From: an uncultured cyanobacterium | Lineage (GTDB): Bacteria > Cyanobacteriota > Cyanobacteriia > Cyanobacteriales > Cyanobacteriaceae | Direction of reading: 5' to 3' | Assembly (NCBI GenBank): GCA_963749915.1 | Contig: CAVVOP010000008.1 | Span: forward strand, 576,001-640,000 | Length of the DNA: 64,000 bases | Shown: in pieces, positions 62,121 to 64,000 of the stretch | Layout of the letters: the number at the start of each line of letters is the position of its first letter | How positions within the stretch are numbered: position 1 is the first letter of the stretch | Program-made: the position numbers and the translations under genes | Notes under the pieces: generated by a model | Databases searched by the model: none | What the model was told of the DNA's origin: nothing | Seen by the model: only the letters and a program-made list of their open reading frames with translations

Positions 62121-62316
62121 GGCTGTTGCCCGGCTGAGTGAAAAAACGGTTGGTAAAATCATGTAATGTGCATAATAAGTAATAAGTAATAAGTTTTTTC
62201 TTTTCTTTAAGGCTAAAAGCTCTATAGTTATTGATTTCTAACCTTTATTTGCGGAGAAAATCTGATTTTTTTGAATTTTGAATTCTCCGTATCTAAGCTC
62301 ATTACTCAGCAACCTA
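62121..62316. repeat. Possible degraded MITE containing (ATAAGTA) heptamers
   Basis: Imperfect inverted ends gctgagtga / ttactcagc with internal heptamer repeats. Confidence 0.35.
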
Positions 62317-62392
62317 ACTATATTATATTCCCCACTAAAATTTCGTTCACCCCTGTTGTCCTTGTTAATTGTTTGTTAATTGTATTTATTGT

Positions 62393-64000
62393 ATGGTTTC
62401 TTTAAGTTCAACTCCCATTTCTAAAGCCGAAAACGCCCCTGTCGATACGATAACCTTAGATATAAGTGGCATGAAGTGTGCTGGTTGTGTCAAATCTGTA
62501 GAAAAACAAATTAGCCAACATCAAGGGATTATTTCCGCTAACGTGAATCTAATTACTTCTGTAGCCTCAGTTAAATATCAATTAGGCATAGTGCAACCGG
62601 AAACCTTAGCCCAAAAACTAACTAATTCGGGGTTTCCCACCCAGGTAAGGTTAACCGATGACAGCGAGCAAAATCAACAGTTAATTATCCAACAAAAAAG
62701 ATTATCTGAGCAAAAAACTCAACAATATCAGTTAATTAGTGCCGCTTTTTTACTGCTTTTTTCGACCATCGGCCATTTACATCATCTCGGTTTACATCCT
62801 TGGCCTTGGTTGACTAATATTTGGTTTCATTGGGGTTTAGCTACTGCTAGTTTATTGATTCCGGGTCGAGAAATTTTACTTAACGGTTGGCAAGGTTTAT
62901 GGCAAAAAAGGCCGAATATGAATAGTTTAGTGGGTATGGGTGCTACAGGTGCTTACCTTACTAGCTGTATCGCCCTGATTTTTCCCAAATTGGGATGGGA
63001 GTGTTTTTTTGATGAACCAGTAATGTTGCTTGGATTTATCTTTTTAGGCAAGGTGTTAGAGTCGAGGGTGAGAAATAAAGCTGGGGATTCCCTAGAAACT
63101 TTACTCAATTTACGCCCCCAATTTGCTCGTTTGGTCGGTAAAAATAGCCCTTTTCAAGATCAAGGTTTACAAATTCCGGCAGTGCAAGTTAAGCCTGAAG
63201 AATGGATGAGAGTCTTGGCTGGGGAGCAATTTCCCGTCGATGGTGTCATTGTGGAAGGAGAAACTACCGTTGATGAGTCTTTACTTACGGGGGAGTCTTT
63301 ACCAGTATTTAAAACCAAAGGAGAAAAAGTTTGTGCGGGAACAATTAATCATTCTGGTATGGTGATTGTTGAGGCCTTTAATACCGGTAAAAATACGATT
63401 CTTAATCAAATCATTGCTACCGTCGAAGAAGCTCAAACTCGGAAAGCACCTGTGCAAAAGTTGGCGGATACGGTTTCAGGTTACTTCACTTATACTATCA
63501 TGGCGATCGCCTTATTTACCTTTAGTTTTTGGTATTTTTGGGGTACAGAAATTTGGTCACAGATTTTAGTGGAATTAGAGACAACGAAAATCCTCCTCAG
63601 CGTCAAATTGGCCATTGATGTACTAGTTATAGCTTGTCCTTGTGCTTTAGGGTTAGCTACTCCCACCGCCATTTTAGTAGGTACAACCATCGGTGCCGAA
63701 AATGGGTTATTAATTAAAGGGGGTGATGTGTTAGAACAAGTTAAAAACCTGAAAATCATTATCTTTGATAAAACGGGAACTCTAACTCAAGGATACCCAG
63801 AAATCACCGATATAATTAGTTACGATGGTGATAACTTCACCAGAAATCAGATTTTGGAAATCGCCGCTAGTTTAGAAATAGTTGCCAATCATCCTCTCGC
63901 CCAAAGTATTCTCAAAAAAGCTCGGCAGTTACAGTTAAACACTATGGAAACGAAAAAATTGAGCAGTTTTGTTGGCAAAGGAGTTCAAGGTATTGTTACC
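62393..64000 (+). CDS. ctaA: P1B-type Cu-transporting ATPase (CtaA-like), partial, runs off window end
   Basis: Translated by hand from ATG 62393: GMKCAGC HMA motif, LTGES, IACPCALGLATP and DKTGT. Absent from the ORF track because there is no stop in the window. Confidence 0.88.
   Translation, partial: MVSLSSTPISKAENAPVDTITLDISGMKCAGCVKSVEKQISQHQGIISANVNLITSVASVKYQLGIVQPETLAQKLTNSGFPTQVRLTDDSEQNQQLIIQQKRLSEQKTQQYQLISAAFLLLFSTIGHLHHLGLHPWPWLTNIWFHWGLATASLLIPGREILLNGWQGLWQKRPNMNSLVGMGATGAYLTSCIALIFPKLGWECFFDEPVMLLGFIFLGKVLESRVRNKAGDSLETLLNLRPQFARLVGKNSPFQDQGLQIPAVQVKPEEWMRVLAGEQFPVDGVIVEGETTVDESLLTGESLPVFKTKGEKVCAGTINHSGMVIVEAFNTGKNTILNQIIATVEEAQTRKAPVQKLADTVSGYFTYTIMAIALFTFSFWYFWGTEIWSQILVELETTKILLSVKLAIDVLVIACPCALGLATPTAILVGTTIGAENGLLIKGGDVLEQVKNLKIIIFDKTGTLTQGYPEITDIISYDGDNFTRNQILEIAASLEIVANHPLAQSILKKARQLQLNTMETKKLSSFVGKGVQGIVT

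Noticed and set aside
4267..63759. Many short ORFs antisense to or out of frame within long genes (e.g. 4267-4632, 30334-30666, 33583-34029, 43204-43527, 63366-63569)
   Set aside because: They are shadow ORFs of well-supported genes with no independent motifs.

Overview
AT-rich cyanobacterial chromosome segment. Gene content, abundant HIP1 octamers (GCGATCGC) and heptamer intergenic repeats suggest a Cyanobacterium/Geminocystis-like organism, which is an inference. Most of the window is core genes: mreB 3' end, dnaJ-like, ccdA, gatB, scpB, smc, cbiB, tldD, leuS, pta, pdhB-secD-secF, gifA, purH, pyrF, a cdgR-like ComFB gene and the 5' part of a CtaA-like Cu ATPase. Three micro-ORFs are missing from the ORF track. 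I saw no rRNA, tRNA or CRISPR array. The most notable protein (58230-60509) is an RNase II/R-family RNB domain with intact catalytic motifs, no cold-shock or S1 domains, and three dsRNA-binding-like domains, two of them inside a 157-aa tandem duplication. It is a candidate dsRNA-targeted exoribonuclease. The most notable genome structure is an apparent ~18-kb inversion (34963-53281) between two oppositely oriented ISAs1-family ends whose 10-bp flanks are exact reverse complements. It seems to have split one accessory island into a left part (30.2-35.0 kb) and a mosaic of gene fragments (51.8-53.3 kb). The window also holds decayed IS1634, IS630, IS1182 and ISAs1 elements, several MITEs, and an FG-GAP protein with three 354-bp near-identical repeats.
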